Program-made: the position numbers and the translations under genes
In this document: positions 26,996 to 36,980 of the stretch, piece by piece
Position numbering within the stretch: position 1 is the first letter of the stretch
Layout: every line of letters starts with the position of its first letter
The notes under the pieces: model-generated
Told to the model about the DNA's origin: nothing
Databases searched by the model: none
The model's input: only the letters and a program-made list of their open reading frames with translations
Assembly (NCBI GenBank): GCA_023129165.1
Contig: JAGMCL010000133.1
Span: 10,668 to 74,667 of the forward strand
Direction of reading: 5' to 3'
DNA from: a candidate division WOR-3 bacterium
Lineage (GTDB): Bacteria; Hydrothermota; UBA3073
DNA length: 64,000 nt

Positions 26996-28081
26996 TTAAA
27001 ATCCAGTTTTCTTAAAAGAATCCAAACGCTCTTTTACATATTCATAAAAATCTTCGTTCAGCACTCTATCATATGAAATTGTAAAACGGGGGTACGGAAG
27101 TCCCATAACAAATCTATAGTGTGACTCAAGCGTTGTAATGTCTGTCTTCCTATCAATTTGAAGGAAGTATCTCTGAGAGGAATCAGGGATTTTCTTTTGC
27201 ATTTCTTCTGGAATTGCAATAAGGTATATAAAGGATAACACCTCTTCCTCTGTTATATTCAGGTCAGGAAAATTGGTCTCAATTGTGCATGCTAATGTAT
27301 CATCCTGCTCTATGAACTTTAGTGAATATTTATCCAGGGTATCAATTGCATCGGCAAGATATGCACCAAGACCAACACTCATACTATAAAGAAGTCCACT
27401 TACTATCACTGCTGCATCATCTGAAACACCAAGACCCCTTTTGTGTCTTATATACTGAAATCTAATGCTCGGATGACGTAAGAAATCCACATTCTTTGAG
27501 TCTCGTAAAATTAAGCCTTCTTCTATGTATTCAGCTATCTTATTCTCATGGTTACCATGTGCAAGAACCTCTCCATTCAGATTCATCTTTTCCATTACCT
27601 TGAGATCGATAAGGTATGGCTTTCCTCCACCCATATTGGTTTTAAACTTCTTGTTCACCCTCATGCGCATCGAAAAATCATCCATCAATCCACCAAGATA
27701 CAAGCCTCTCAGCACATCCTCAGGATTTACTTCCCACTGCAAGAAAAGAGGACAACGCATTAAAGGCTCATTATGCTTGTTTAAAAGACGAGGAAGATTC
27801 TCTCCATCTATTACTCGCTCAGCATATTCGTATATTTCATCTATCAACATCTGTCTCTCAGAACGTATAATAAATTCTTCTCTTCTCAGTGCATGAACAA
27901 TATCATTAATCGTGGTATCCACAAACTTTCGTCCTTTAAATGCACCATCACCATTATGGGAATGACCTTCTATTGTCTGGATAAAGAGAAGGTCTTCGAC
28001 AATAGACTTTGTAAAAAGGTCTTTTTTCTTGCGTAATCTCTGAAAATCCTTCCATATCAAATCCTTAGGTGCTATCTGCAT
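26996..28081 (-). CDS. conserved-looking hypothetical protein, family not recognised
   Basis: 361-aa ORF with non-repetitive composition and a strong AGGAGGGG RBS. I could not assign any motif. Confidence 0.5.
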   Translation of the reverse strand: MQIAPKDLIWKDFQRLRKKKDLFTKSIVEDLLFIQTIEGHSHNGDGAFKGRKFVDTTINDIVHALRREEFIIRSERQMLIDEIYEYAERVIDGENLPRLLNKHNEPLMRCPLFLQWEVNPEDVLRGLYLGGLMDDFSMRMRVNKKFKTNMGGGKPYLIDLKVMEKMNLNGEVLAHGNHENKIAEYIEEGLILRDSKNVDFLRHPSIRFQYIRHKRGLGVSDDAAVIVSGLLYSMSVGLGAYLADAIDTLDKYSLKFIEQDDTLACTIETNFPDLNITEEEVLSFIYLIAIPEEMQKKIPDSSQRYFLQIDRKTDITTLESHYRFVMGLPYPRFTISYDRVLNEDFYEYVKERLDSFKKTGF

Positions 28082-28102
28082 AAAATCCCCTCCTATTTAT
28101 AG

Positions 28103-28126
28103 TTAGCCCACCGCTTTAGCGGTGGG
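28103..28126 (+). repeat. REP hairpin (TTAG-CCCACCGC-ttta-GCGGTGGG) flanking the RAYT remnant
   Basis: Perfect 8-bp stem. Inverted relative to the four copies at 28323-28498. Confidence 0.8.
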
Positions 28127-28168
28127 AATAGAAAAAGAACAACACCATAGCCATCCTGCCATTTTAAT

Positions 28169-28312
28169 TTAAAGCGTGGTTTTATCTTTTTGACGTACTT
28201 CCTCTTGCAGAATCTTCAGAAAATCAGGCCTCCAGTTCCTATCAATAATAGGCTCACGATTATGAGTGCTCCAGATAAAATGATAATAGAGCTGGAAAAA
28301 AACATGCGCCAT
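28169..28312 (-). pseudogene. truncated IS200/IS605-type Y1 transposase (RAYT-like) N-terminal fragment
   Basis: 47-codon ORF MAHVFFQLYYHFIWSTHNREPIIDRNWRPDFLKILQEEVRQKDKTTL. This matches the conserved N-terminal strand (L-YH-i-STk-R-P-i) of Y1_Tnp/RayT proteins. The HUH motif and catalytic Tyr are absent. Confidence 0.65.
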
Positions 28313-28322
28313 TTTGTTTTTT

Positions 28323-28498
28323 CATACCCACTGCTGAAGCAGTGGGCTGATTAAAACCTGACATTTCATACCCACCGCTGAAGCAGTGGGCTAATTAAAA
28401 CCTGACATTTCATACCCACCGCTGAAGCAGTGGGCTAATTAAAACCTGACATTTCATACCCACCGCTGAAGCAGTGGGCTAATTAAAAACCAATATAC
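28323..28498 (-). repeat. 4 x 44-bp tandem array, each unit carrying the REP hairpin
   Basis: catacccacCgctgaagcagtgggctaattaaaacctgacattt with unit starts at 28323, 28367, 28411 and 28455. The hairpin pairs best on the minus strand (G-T wobble). Confidence 0.9.
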
Positions 28499-29038
28499 CT
28501 ATTTTATTATTTTCAATATTTCCTTGAACTCTTTTCCCTCTGCTACTTTCAATAATTCAAATAGTGCTGTCTCTACACTTGTAAGGCTGGCACCTGTATC
28601 CTTTATTCTGTCGAGACCTACCCTTTTATTCTTTACTGTCCTTGAAGAAACGGTATCCACAACAACCTGTACTTCATACCCGAGATTGATTAAATCTACA
28701 GTCGTTTGATAAATACATATGTGTGTCTCAATTCCTGCGATTAGAATATGTTTATGGTTGAGGGCTTTAAGCTCCTGCATAAACCTTTCATTCTGGCAGC
28801 AGCTGAAACTAATCTTACTTATCGGTCTTTTCGGGGATAAAATCTGGGCTATTTCAGGTATTGTGGGACCAATTTTCTCGGGTGTTTGTTCTGTCCATAT
28901 AATTGGCAGTCCAAGGATTTTTGCACCCTTTATAAGTATCTGGAGGTTTTGGAATAGGGACTCTTTTTCGTACATCAGATGTGCTAATTTTCCCTGAATA
29001 TCAATTATTACAAGAATGGTGTTATCTAAGGCAAGCAT
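28499..29038 (-). CDS. isochorismatase-family cysteine hydrolase
   Basis: LVIIDIQ ... catalytic-type GIETHICI motif of isochorismatase/nicotinamidase-like hydrolases. Confidence 0.75.
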   Translation of the reverse strand: MLALDNTILVIIDIQGKLAHLMYEKESLFQNLQILIKGAKILGLPIIWTEQTPEKIGPTIPEIAQILSPKRPISKISFSCCQNERFMQELKALNHKHILIAGIETHICIYQTTVDLINLGYEVQVVVDTVSSRTVKNKRVGLDRIKDTGASLTSVETALFELLKVAEGKEFKEILKIIK

Positions 29039-29067
29039 AATTAATAATATGTATTATTCGCCGAATT

Positions 29068-29733
29068 TTAATCAATTATGATACCATCCCTGATCTTTAC
29101 AATACGGTCAGCATATTCACTTATCTCAGGGTCATGGGTAACGGCAATTAGCGTCCTACCCTCTTTATGCAGACTCCTGAAAAGCTCCATTATCTCATGA
29201 CCTGTCTTAGAATCAAGATTACCTGTTGGTTCGTCAGCAAGGACAAGCTTAGGGTTATTTACCAGTGCCCTGGCTATGGCTACACGTTGGCGTTCACCAC
29301 CTGAGAGCTCAGTCGGTCGGTGATTTACACGGTCCTCTAAGCCTACACGTTCGAGAACATCAAGTGCCCTTTTTCTAATTGCAGCAGCTCTTCCACCGGA
29401 ATACATTAGTGGCAATTCCACATTCTCAAATGCCTTCATACGGGGAAGTAAATTGAAGGTCTGAAAAACAAATCCTACTTCTCGATTTCTGGTGTTGGCA
29501 AGCTCATCTTCTGATAAATCTTGTACCTCTCTCCCTCGAAATAAATAAGTTCCGGAAGTTGGTGTATCAAGACAACCGAGTATATGCATAAGTGTAGATT
29601 TTCCAGAACCTGAAGGACCCATTATCGCAATGAATTCACCCTCCTCAATATTCAGATTTACACCCCTGAGGGCATTAACATCAATATTGCCCATTTTATA
29701 TACCTTTTTTATCTGTTTTGTTTCTATTAGCAT
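29068..29733 (-). CDS. ABC transporter ATP-binding protein (MacB/LolD-type)
   Basis: Walker [10 protein letters not shown], signature LSGGERQRV, Walker B LVLADEPT and an H-loop. Confidence 0.9.
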   Translation of the reverse strand: MLIETKQIKKVYKMGNIDVNALRGVNLNIEEGEFIAIMGPSGSGKSTLMHILGCLDTPTSGTYLFRGREVQDLSEDELANTRNREVGFVFQTFNLLPRMKAFENVELPLMYSGGRAAAIRKRALDVLERVGLEDRVNHRPTELSGGERQRVAIARALVNNPKLVLADEPTGNLDSKTGHEIMELFRSLHKEGRTLIAVTHDPEISEYADRIVKIRDGIIID

Positions 29734-29734
29734 C

Positions 29735-30928
29735 TTATTTTCCTACCTTTACTCTAATCCCACCCCGTTTTTTTTCCTTTTCTTCTCCACCCAATAATGG
29801 TTCCTGTAGTTTCACATCTATTTTTTCTCCATCTTCTAATTCTCTGAGTGTCTTATATGGTCCTGTAAGTATAGTATCACCTTCAAATACTCCGTCAACT
29901 ATTTCTATACCATTTTCACCTGTAATTCCTAATTTCACCTGAACAACCTTTGAATTTTTTTCTTTAGCCAGAAACACAACATCCTCCTCGGTTCCTTCTA
30001 TCTTTTTTCTTCCCACTGCTGTATATGGTATTACGATAACAGAGTCTCTGATATCAACCGTAATCTCACATGTAGCCGACATTCCAGGATAAAGTCTTTC
30101 AGGAGCACCTGATATTTCTACCTCAATTGGAAAGCTGATAGCCTCCTCATAACCATAGCCTGAACTTGCCGGTATACCACCAATTCTTATTACTCTACCC
30201 TCAAAGGTCGTATCTGGTAAAGCATCTACCTCTATTTTAACAGGCTGGTCTGGATTTATCCTTATTACTTCAGTCTCATCAACAAGCGCCTTAACAAACA
30301 TCTTTGAACGTTCGGCGATTGTCATAATTACTGAACCAGGAGTACTGATTGTACCCATTACAGCCATCTCACCTTGCTCTTTATTGATCTGCATCACCTC
30401 ACCATCAACAGGTGATTTTATGATTGTCTTGTTATAATTCTCTTTTGCCTCGTTGTAGGATTCAAAAGTTGCATCGGTCTCTGTTTTCGCCATCTCGTAG
30501 CTCAGTTTTTCACTTTCGTATTGTTCCTGAGAAATCAGTTTGTTATCATATAATTCATCCATACGTCTCAGGTCGCCTTCTGCCTTGGTTAACTTCGCCC
30601 GTGCAAAATCCAGCGAAGCCTTTACTTTTTTAAGTCTGGCAAAATAGGTGCTTTGTTCAATAATACAAAGAATATCCCCTTTTTTCACCCTATCACCTTC
30701 GTTTACCTTTAGTTCAATAATCCTACCCATAACATCGCTACCAATCTGGACCTGATTAAGGGCTTTTAAAGCACCTTCAGCTCTTACCTTAGAGATTATG
30801 TTATCTCTTTTTGCAATAGTGGCATCTACCTTTATACCCCTTTCCCCTCTCGCCAGGTTAATGATAATGATAATAATAATAAAAACAACTATTCCTATTA
30901 TAATAAAAAGTTTCTTCTTTTTTTTCAT
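29735..30928 (-). CDS. efflux transporter periplasmic adaptor subunit (MacA/HlyD family)
   Basis: N-terminal TM, coiled-coil hairpin and beta-barrel regions typical of membrane fusion proteins. Start at MKKKKKLF follows an AGGAGAAG RBS. Confidence 0.8.
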   Translation of the reverse strand: MKKKKKLFIIIGIVVFIIIIIIINLARGERGIKVDATIAKRDNIISKVRAEGALKALNQVQIGSDVMGRIIELKVNEGDRVKKGDILCIIEQSTYFARLKKVKASLDFARAKLTKAEGDLRRMDELYDNKLISQEQYESEKLSYEMAKTETDATFESYNEAKENYNKTIIKSPVDGEVMQINKEQGEMAVMGTISTPGSVIMTIAERSKMFVKALVDETEVIRINPDQPVKIEVDALPDTTFEGRVIRIGGIPASSGYGYEEAISFPIEVEISGAPERLYPGMSATCEITVDIRDSVIVIPYTAVGRKKIEGTEEDVVFLAKEKNSKVVQVKLGITGENGIEIVDGVFEGDTILTGPYKTLRELEDGEKIDVKLQEPLLGGEEKEKKRGGIRVKVGK

Positions 30929-31176
30929 ATTCTTCTCCTGATATAATATTGCTGTGTTAAATATCAACCACAGAGGTTACATATAATATTAAATATCAAA
31001 CATCAAACCTGCCTGCGGTAGGCAGGTATTAAAATGACAGATAAAAAATCAAAAATTAACGAAGAGATGCCTCTGTGTTCTTCATGTGCTCTACAGTTAA
31101 AAATCTCCATATTCTCTCTTAAATTTTTCTTTTAACTCTGCATGCTTCGCGAACTCTGCGGTTAATTACAATTAAT

Positions 31177-32424
31177 TTAAATTTCCCCACCTACTACATA
31201 TTTGATTTTCGCCTTTGCGAGTTTACAGTCATACTGAGCAGAAACATATGTTACCTCGGCATCCAGCAGGTCATTTTCTGACTGGAATAGCTCAAGTGTA
31301 GAAATCAAGCCAAGTTCATACTGCAATTTCGCCAGATCATCACCCTCTTTTGCTGCATCATAAAGACTCTGGGCAAGATTCAGGTTTTCATATACAGTCA
31401 TACAATCAAGCCATGCCTCCTTAACATCTTCGACCACACTCAACCTCTTATTTAATAGGTTCAATTTCGTCATATCCATAATGGTCTTCATTTTAGAGAC
31501 CTCAAAAGGATAGGTAAATAGATTAATACTGGCAGAAGCAGACCAACCAGAGCTCTTTACTGCCTCATCCCTTATCGTGGAGAAGTTATCAGGGAAATCC
31601 TCACTGCTATAATTCCAGAGCCACCTAAAAGAAACCTGGGGGACAAATGATAGCATACTACCCCAGAATCCAATATTTGAATTTTTCATCTCTTCCCTTG
31701 CTGCCTTTATTGTAGGTCTCGCTTCCAGGCTTATGGTTATGAGTGTATCAAGATCAGGCAATTCAAAATCATTGTCGGTTTCTACGGGTTCGAGCAAGAT
31801 TTCAGTTTGATGCCAAATTCCAAGTATATTAAGTATTAGTCTCTTTGCAATCTGATAATCCTTGCCAGCAGAGGATAGATATAATTTGGCTCGATTGAGA
31901 GACACCAGTGCGTTCAGGATGTCCAGTTTAGATGCCTGCCCGAGTTCTTGCCTTTTGGATACTAATCTCATATTTTCCTCTGCTCGTTTTATGGCATTTT
32001 GACGCATCTGTAGTAGTTTCTCTGCCTTTAAAACAGCTAGATACTGTGCTTCAACCTGATAATACAGTGCATTTGTTGCCTCTTCAAGTGTAGCGCCAGC
32101 AGAATTAACACTGGATTTGCTTTGAATAATAGAGGCAAGTTCCTGAATATCGAATACTGTCTGATTTAAAGAAAAACTAAAATTATAACCCTCTAACGAG
32201 GTGTAGGGCCACTGTTCATATGTAACATCAGAATATGTGACTCCAATTGACGGGTTGAGTATGTTGGAGGATAATTCATCATATAAACCAAGCTTGTAAT
32301 ATCTATAATTTAATTCCTCAATACCATATGCCGGGTTATTTTCAATCGCTATTTGTTTTGCCTGTTCCAGGTCGATTTTTAATGTATTACTTAAAAGAAA
32401 TATAGACAATATTATACCTATCAC
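31177..32424 (-). CDS. TolC-family outer membrane efflux protein
   Basis: Two-fold repeat of long alpha-helical/beta segments with the typical LxxAxxxAxxNNP start. Located in an operon with the adaptor and ABC components. Confidence 0.75.
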   Translation of the reverse strand: MIGIILSIFLLSNTLKIDLEQAKQIAIENNPAYGIEELNYRYYKLGLYDELSSNILNPSIGVTYSDVTYEQWPYTSLEGYNFSFSLNQTVFDIQELASIIQSKSSVNSAGATLEEATNALYYQVEAQYLAVLKAEKLLQMRQNAIKRAEENMRLVSKRQELGQASKLDILNALVSLNRAKLYLSSAGKDYQIAKRLILNILGIWHQTEILLEPVETDNDFELPDLDTLITISLEARPTIKAAREEMKNSNIGFWGSMLSFVPQVSFRWLWNYSSEDFPDNFSTIRDEAVKSSGWSASASINLFTYPFEVSKMKTIMDMTKLNLLNKRLSVVEDVKEAWLDCMTVYENLNLAQSLYDAAKEGDDLAKLQYELGLISTLELFQSENDLLDAEVTYVSAQYDCKLAKAKIKYVVGGEI

Positions 32425-32938
32425 TTTAACCCTCCCATTCTTAAGCCAATTGTAGCAAGGGTCGCAAGACCTGCAGCAAACAACAACCAGGTAACAAAGA
32501 CAAGGATATAACTTTTCTTTCTATCAAATTCAGAAACCACAGAAATGCCAATAGATAACAGAATAAATGCCCATATATTAAAAAAATCAATCTGTGCAAA
32601 AAAATTATAGAAAAAGGTTTCCTGCTTCAGGAAAGGCGAGAATAGAAGTAAACTCGTATGTATCTCGGCTGATTGTTTAATAAGAGACAATGGTGTTTTT
32701 AATATGATTCCGGCAATTGTAACAAGATATGAGTATGCTGTTATTGAGAGTAACTTTTTAAATCCAGCCTCTTTACCTATTTCATAACCTCTGGTCTGAT
32801 AACACCAGGTATAAGAACAGCGGTACCAATTAATGAAAATACAGCTAGCACAAGGAATGCAATAAACCATACAGGCTTTTCCTTTATATCATTGAAGACC
32901 TCTACAGGCTCATAGAATATCCTTATAATATTTTTCAT
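32421..32938 (-). pseudogene. Yip1-like multi-TM membrane protein, split by a frameshift
   Basis: A 53-codon ORF (32777-32938) reads MKNIIRIFYEPVEVFNDIKEKPVWFIAFLVLAVFSLIGTAVLIPGVIRPEVMK-stop. It continues in the -1 frame as ...EIGKEAGFKKLL... (track ORF 32421-32870). Confidence 0.5.
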
Positions 32939-32942
32939 ATCT

Positions 32943-34205
32943 TTACTCATACTGAAGTGCCCTTATGGGGTCAAGTTTTGCAGCTTTTGAAGCTGGATAA
33001 ATACCAAAAAATAAGCCAATAATAACAGAGAATCCAATTCCCAGAGCAACACTCCAGAATGGGGTACTTGCCGGTAAAGGTGTAAACGCAGCTATCAACT
33101 TACTAAGACCAAATCCCAACAATACTCCCATTCCTCCACCAGCCCCTGTTAAAACCACCGCCTCAATAAGAAATTGAACCATTATATCTCTTCTTTTTGC
33201 ACCTATTGCCATACGTAAACCTATCTCTCTTGTACGTTCGATAACCGATACAAGCATAATGTTCATAATTCCAATTCCACCAACAATCAGTGCCAACGAT
33301 GCGATACCAATCATAGAGGTATAAATACCTGAAGTAATTTTCTTATAAATATCGACTATCATCTGCTGAGTGTTTAAGGCAAAGTCATTCTCTTCATTAA
33401 ATCTATTGCCTCTTCTCTGTCTCAATAATTCCTCCATTTGTTCCTGAGCCTCTTCTATCGGGAAGGTCTCACTTGTCTGTGCAACTATAAAAGGAGATTC
33501 ATAAGTAGAATACCAACCGCGAGTAGACCCGACATATTTACTTAATGTAGTAAGAGGAATAATTAAAGTATTATCCAGGTTATTTCCCATGAAATTGCCA
33601 CGCTCCGTCAGCACACCAATGATCTCAAACTTATAGCTTCCAATATAAACATCCTTACCTATAGGGTCCTCTCCTTTCTTAAAAAGATTTTCTACAATAT
33701 AAGCACCCACAATACAAACCTGTCTCCTGAAAGAAAGGTCTGTTTCGATGAAGGTTCTACCTCGCTCTATTTCGTAGTTTGATATTATCATATAATCAGG
33801 GGTTGCACCTTCAATTTGATTAATCTCAATCTCTTCACTACGATACGCAATCTTTCTTCCCCTACCCCAGGTTGACTGAGCAAATGTTACTCGCTCAATG
33901 GATGGAAGTTTAGATATTGCCTCTACATCCTCTTCTGTAAAATCCTTCCTTTTGGCAATTTCCCTGTATTCCTTTCTACTCATATGTCCACCCATAACCC
34001 GCCATTGATATTTCTGTGCATATATTACATTGCTTCCAATGGTACCAAGAATCTTGTACACATATCTATTCATGCCCTGAACAATGGAGGTCATCGTTAT
34101 CACAGTCATTACACCAATAATTATACCGAGGGTGGTTAAAAATGTCCTCATCCTCTGCGATTTTAGAGCAAGTAATGCCGTCTTTGTATGAACCAGAAAC
34201 TTCAT
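32943..34205 (-). CDS. ABC transporter permease (MacB/FtsX type)
   Basis: MacB periplasmic domain between TM1 and TM2, plus a C-terminal FtsX TM bundle (RTREIGLRMAIGA). Confidence 0.85.
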   Translation of the reverse strand: MKFLVHTKTALLALKSQRMRTFLTTLGIIIGVMTVITMTSIVQGMNRYVYKILGTIGSNVIYAQKYQWRVMGGHMSRKEYREIAKRKDFTEEDVEAISKLPSIERVTFAQSTWGRGRKIAYRSEEIEINQIEGATPDYMIISNYEIERGRTFIETDLSFRRQVCIVGAYIVENLFKKGEDPIGKDVYIGSYKFEIIGVLTERGNFMGNNLDNTLIIPLTTLSKYVGSTRGWYSTYESPFIVAQTSETFPIEEAQEQMEELLRQRRGNRFNEENDFALNTQQMIVDIYKKITSGIYTSMIGIASLALIVGGIGIMNIMLVSVIERTREIGLRMAIGAKRRDIMVQFLIEAVVLTGAGGGMGVLLGFGLSKLIAAFTPLPASTPFWSVALGIGFSVIIGLFFGIYPASKAAKLDPIRALQYE

Positions 34206-34210
34206 AAAAA

Positions 34211-34239
34211 ATTATAATTTTCTAATACCAAGCAGCTAA
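34211..34239 (-). promoter_or_regulatory. candidate promoter (TTAGCT - 17 bp - TATAAT) only 5 nt from the ATG
   Basis: Reverse complement reads TTAGCTgcttggtattagaaaatTATAATttttATG. Spacing would give a leaderless or near-leaderless mRNA. Confidence 0.35.
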
Positions 34240-34258
34240 AAAATATAAATATATATCT

Positions 34259-35989
34259 TTATCTTAGCAACGTCATTCTCCTTGACTGTGCAAAATCACC
34301 TGTACTCAACCTGTAAAAATAGATACCATTTGTTGCTGTACAACCATATTTATCCTTACCATCCCATGTGACAGTATAATTACCAGGTCCATTCTCACCA
34401 TTAAATAAATTCTTCACCAATCTTCCTGTTACATCGTAAATATCCAGAGAAAGAGTTGTTTGAACTGGAAGCTGGTACTTAATAGTTGTATACTCATTGA
34501 ATGGCTCAGGATAGTTATTAGAAAGCAAAGTAATATCAGTATCAAAGTTTTCACAAATACCCGTTATCCAGTCACTCCTATCAAAATAGGCATTCTGATA
34601 AGGAAAATCAGCATATACTATTCCATAGATGCCACTTGACACGCGCTCTATTACAGGTTTAACAGAATAGCGAGGCTCATAGTCACTGAATTCAACTGGT
34701 GCACTCCATGGATCAAGAGGATAATCCCTCCAGGAATACATGCCATATTGATGTTCACCATCCCATAACCAATGAACAGCTCCCATCCCATCACCATTCC
34801 GGGATGTTACATCACACATATCACCTGCATGTGTAGTATCACCTACAAACCACCAGTACCAGAAAGCCCCGGCATCATAAGAGATACGATACTTTACCCA
34901 TGGATTAGATGCACCATAATGTGGAAACATGGTTATTACTGTATCATAATAGGCACTAATGGAAGAACCCGCCCAAAGACATCCAGAGTAATCGATAGCG
35001 CCATAATTTTGCCATATTCCAATGTAGTTAATTCCTAACACTACTACACTATCATCTGTATTGATATAAGAGACATAGGAAAATATATCCTCGTCAACTG
35101 AGTATGGCTTGTTGGTACATATATCAAGTCCCCTTAATGCGTCATTAACTAAAGGGTTAGAATCTAACCAGTTCGCATTTAATGGATAATTCCAGTAAAA
35201 ACAGAGACTATTATCTGACTGGATTGCTGTATAGTATACTCTGTCGTTATAGTAATCAGCATTACTGGTTAAGGCTATATCTTCTATCGTTATCCCATGG
35301 TCAAATACCTCAATCCAACCATAGTCTCCATCAACATAGCCACTGTCTGTATCAAATCTTCTTACGCGTGCAGATGTTAGAGAATCTATCCCATTATGCG
35401 TGTATCCAACAAAGAAATAATTGCCAGCTACCACAGCACTTATATCATTTATGTAAAAAGATGCCCACCATATATAGGTTTCTAACCACGTTTTTCCTGT
35501 ATCTTCTGAAATATATACAGACCATTTATATTGTGTGTCCTCCGGATACAGAAATGCAGCAAATAGATTTCCGTTTGCGTTTTCGACATCAAGATTCACT
35601 ACATAAATGTCTTCCCTGCTACCAATCTGAACATCCTCTCCCCACTTTGATTCCGTTTTTATCGGTTCTTTCCATTGTATCCCACATGATACATCCTGGA
35701 GGTCTGCAAAATTACGAAACAGCTCAATTGCTCCTGCATAATTTCCACTGTTCCACTTGTTTTCAACAAGACTGGAATGTTCAATCATGTCTATTGATTT
35801 TTCCTTTGGAAGTTCAATCTTCAATATAGCATTTTGTCTTTCGGTTTGACTCAAAGACTCCAGTCCCTTCCATATAGGCTTACATTCTCTTATAACTGTA
35901 GGTTCTACATAACCAAAACTATGATTATTTGCAGCAAAAATTGTTCCACAAAGAGCTATAATTATACATAAGGTCAATACTACTTTCAT
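34259..35989 (-). CDS. secreted protein with T9SS C-terminal sorting domain
   Basis: Signal peptide (start at MKVVLTLC after an AGGAGG RBS). C-terminal ~75 aa has the Por_Secre_tail pattern (YPEPFN ... IYDVTGRLV ... WDGKD ... GIYFYRL). Confidence 0.75.
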   Translation of the reverse strand: MKVVLTLCIIIALCGTIFAANNHSFGYVEPTVIRECKPIWKGLESLSQTERQNAILKIELPKEKSIDMIEHSSLVENKWNSGNYAGAIELFRNFADLQDVSCGIQWKEPIKTESKWGEDVQIGSREDIYVVNLDVENANGNLFAAFLYPEDTQYKWSVYISEDTGKTWLETYIWWASFYINDISAVVAGNYFFVGYTHNGIDSLTSARVRRFDTDSGYVDGDYGWIEVFDHGITIEDIALTSNADYYNDRVYYTAIQSDNSLCFYWNYPLNANWLDSNPLVNDALRGLDICTNKPYSVDEDIFSYVSYINTDDSVVVLGINYIGIWQNYGAIDYSGCLWAGSSISAYYDTVITMFPHYGASNPWVKYRISYDAGAFWYWWFVGDTTHAGDMCDVTSRNGDGMGAVHWLWDGEHQYGMYSWRDYPLDPWSAPVEFSDYEPRYSVKPVIERVSSGIYGIVYADFPYQNAYFDRSDWITGICENFDTDITLLSNNYPEPFNEYTTIKYQLPVQTTLSLDIYDVTGRLVKNLFNGENGPGNYTVTWDGKDKYGCTATNGIYFYRLSTGDFAQSRRMTLLR

Positions 35990-36269
35990 CTCTTCCTCCT
36001 TTTTGCAGAGTGAACACACATTTTACTTATTTAAAAAAAATTAAATCACAACCATCCCATAAAATATATTTATATCACCCCCTATGGTCTTAAATTATAT
36101 GATAATTACGAAATTTGAAATTAGTCATTTTTCCTTTATCTTTTTTCCTGTTGTCTGCCTGCCCTGCTTGTCCTGTAGCGTAGTGTACAGGATGAAATGC
36201 GAGCTTGTGAGCTATTTCATCAGGGGCTTGCCCTGTGAAATGCATAGCATATTTCATCAGGGTCATTCA

Positions 36270-36899
36270 TTAATGCGCCCTCACAATATCCTTAATCCTC
36301 ATAAGTCTTGAAAGCGCTGAACGTTCCATCTCAGAAAGCTTCATAACTATATATCGAAGTGTCTCTTCAAGATTTGGTATAAGGATATATTCAAGGGCAT
36401 TCACCCTTCTACGGGTTTTTTCAATCTCCAATGCAACAAGTTCAAGAGTTTTCTCTTTTGCTGCAAGTTCAAGAAGCTCCCCTATTATCTCGTCAAGACT
36501 CATCAGGGCTGCATCCAGCTCTGGTGATGTCCCGTAATATCCATAACAGATTATCTCACCACTAACAGATTGCGTAAGAACTGGAACCTTAACATTCATC
36601 AGATTTTTCTGCTCCAGTCTTACCTCAACATGCTTCGTAGGAATAAAAAGCGCCTCTTTCAGTAAGTCTGGTTCCATGCTGGCTCTTGCAAGAAGAAATT
36701 TTTTTGTAACACGAGTAAGTTCCCTTTCAATCTTCTCTCTCAGCACTTCAAGCTCTCTGGTCATAGCAAGAAGCCTCTCCATAAGTTCGTCCTGCTTATC
36801 CTTAAGGAGTTTGTGTCCCCTTTTTGCAATCTCTGTGCGCTTACGGAGCCTTAAAAGCTCCATTCTCGTTGCATTTACATTAAGCCTCATATTAATCAC
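36270..36899 (-). CDS. atpD: V/A-type ATP synthase subunit D
   Basis: MRLNVNATRMELLRLRKR start and coiled-coil body typical of V-type subunit D. Confidence 0.85.
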   Translation of the reverse strand: MINMRLNVNATRMELLRLRKRTEIAKRGHKLLKDKQDELMERLLAMTRELEVLREKIERELTRVTKKFLLARASMEPDLLKEALFIPTKHVEVRLEQKNLMNVKVPVLTQSVSGEIICYGYYGTSPELDAALMSLDEIIGELLELAAKEKTLELVALEIEKTRRRVNALEYILIPNLEETLRYIVMKLSEMERSALSRLMRIKDIVRAH

Positions 36900-36980
36900 T
36901 GTCTATTGGACGCAGATCTTCGCAGATTATCTTGATTATTTTATTTTACAAATAATTATTCTTTTCGTGGTTATTCGCGT

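Noticed and set aside
28323-28498. Possible CRISPR array (regularly spaced palindromic repeat).
   Set aside because: The whole 44-bp unit is repeated, including the would-be spacer, so there are no unique spacers. No cas genes are nearby. It is better explained as a tandemly amplified REP unit next to a RAYT remnant.
35182-35829. Long antisense or overlapping ORFs: 35182-35829, 42904-43461, 234-989, 40189-40671, 54696-55112, 59471-59866, 27525-27896 and 1914-2285.
   Set aside because: Each lies opposite to or out of frame within a gene with clear family motifs. They have biased (Ser/Leu/Ile-rich) composition typical of shadow ORFs in AT-rich DNA.
36150-36269. GATGAAAT...ATTTCATC hairpins (also at 42468-42500 and 44285-44320), considered as a riboswitch or ncRNA downstream of atpD.
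   Set aside because: There is no similarity to a known RNA class that I can recognise. They look like another member of the dispersed hairpin module set, so they are reported under the mosaic-repeat theme rather than as a separate RNA gene.
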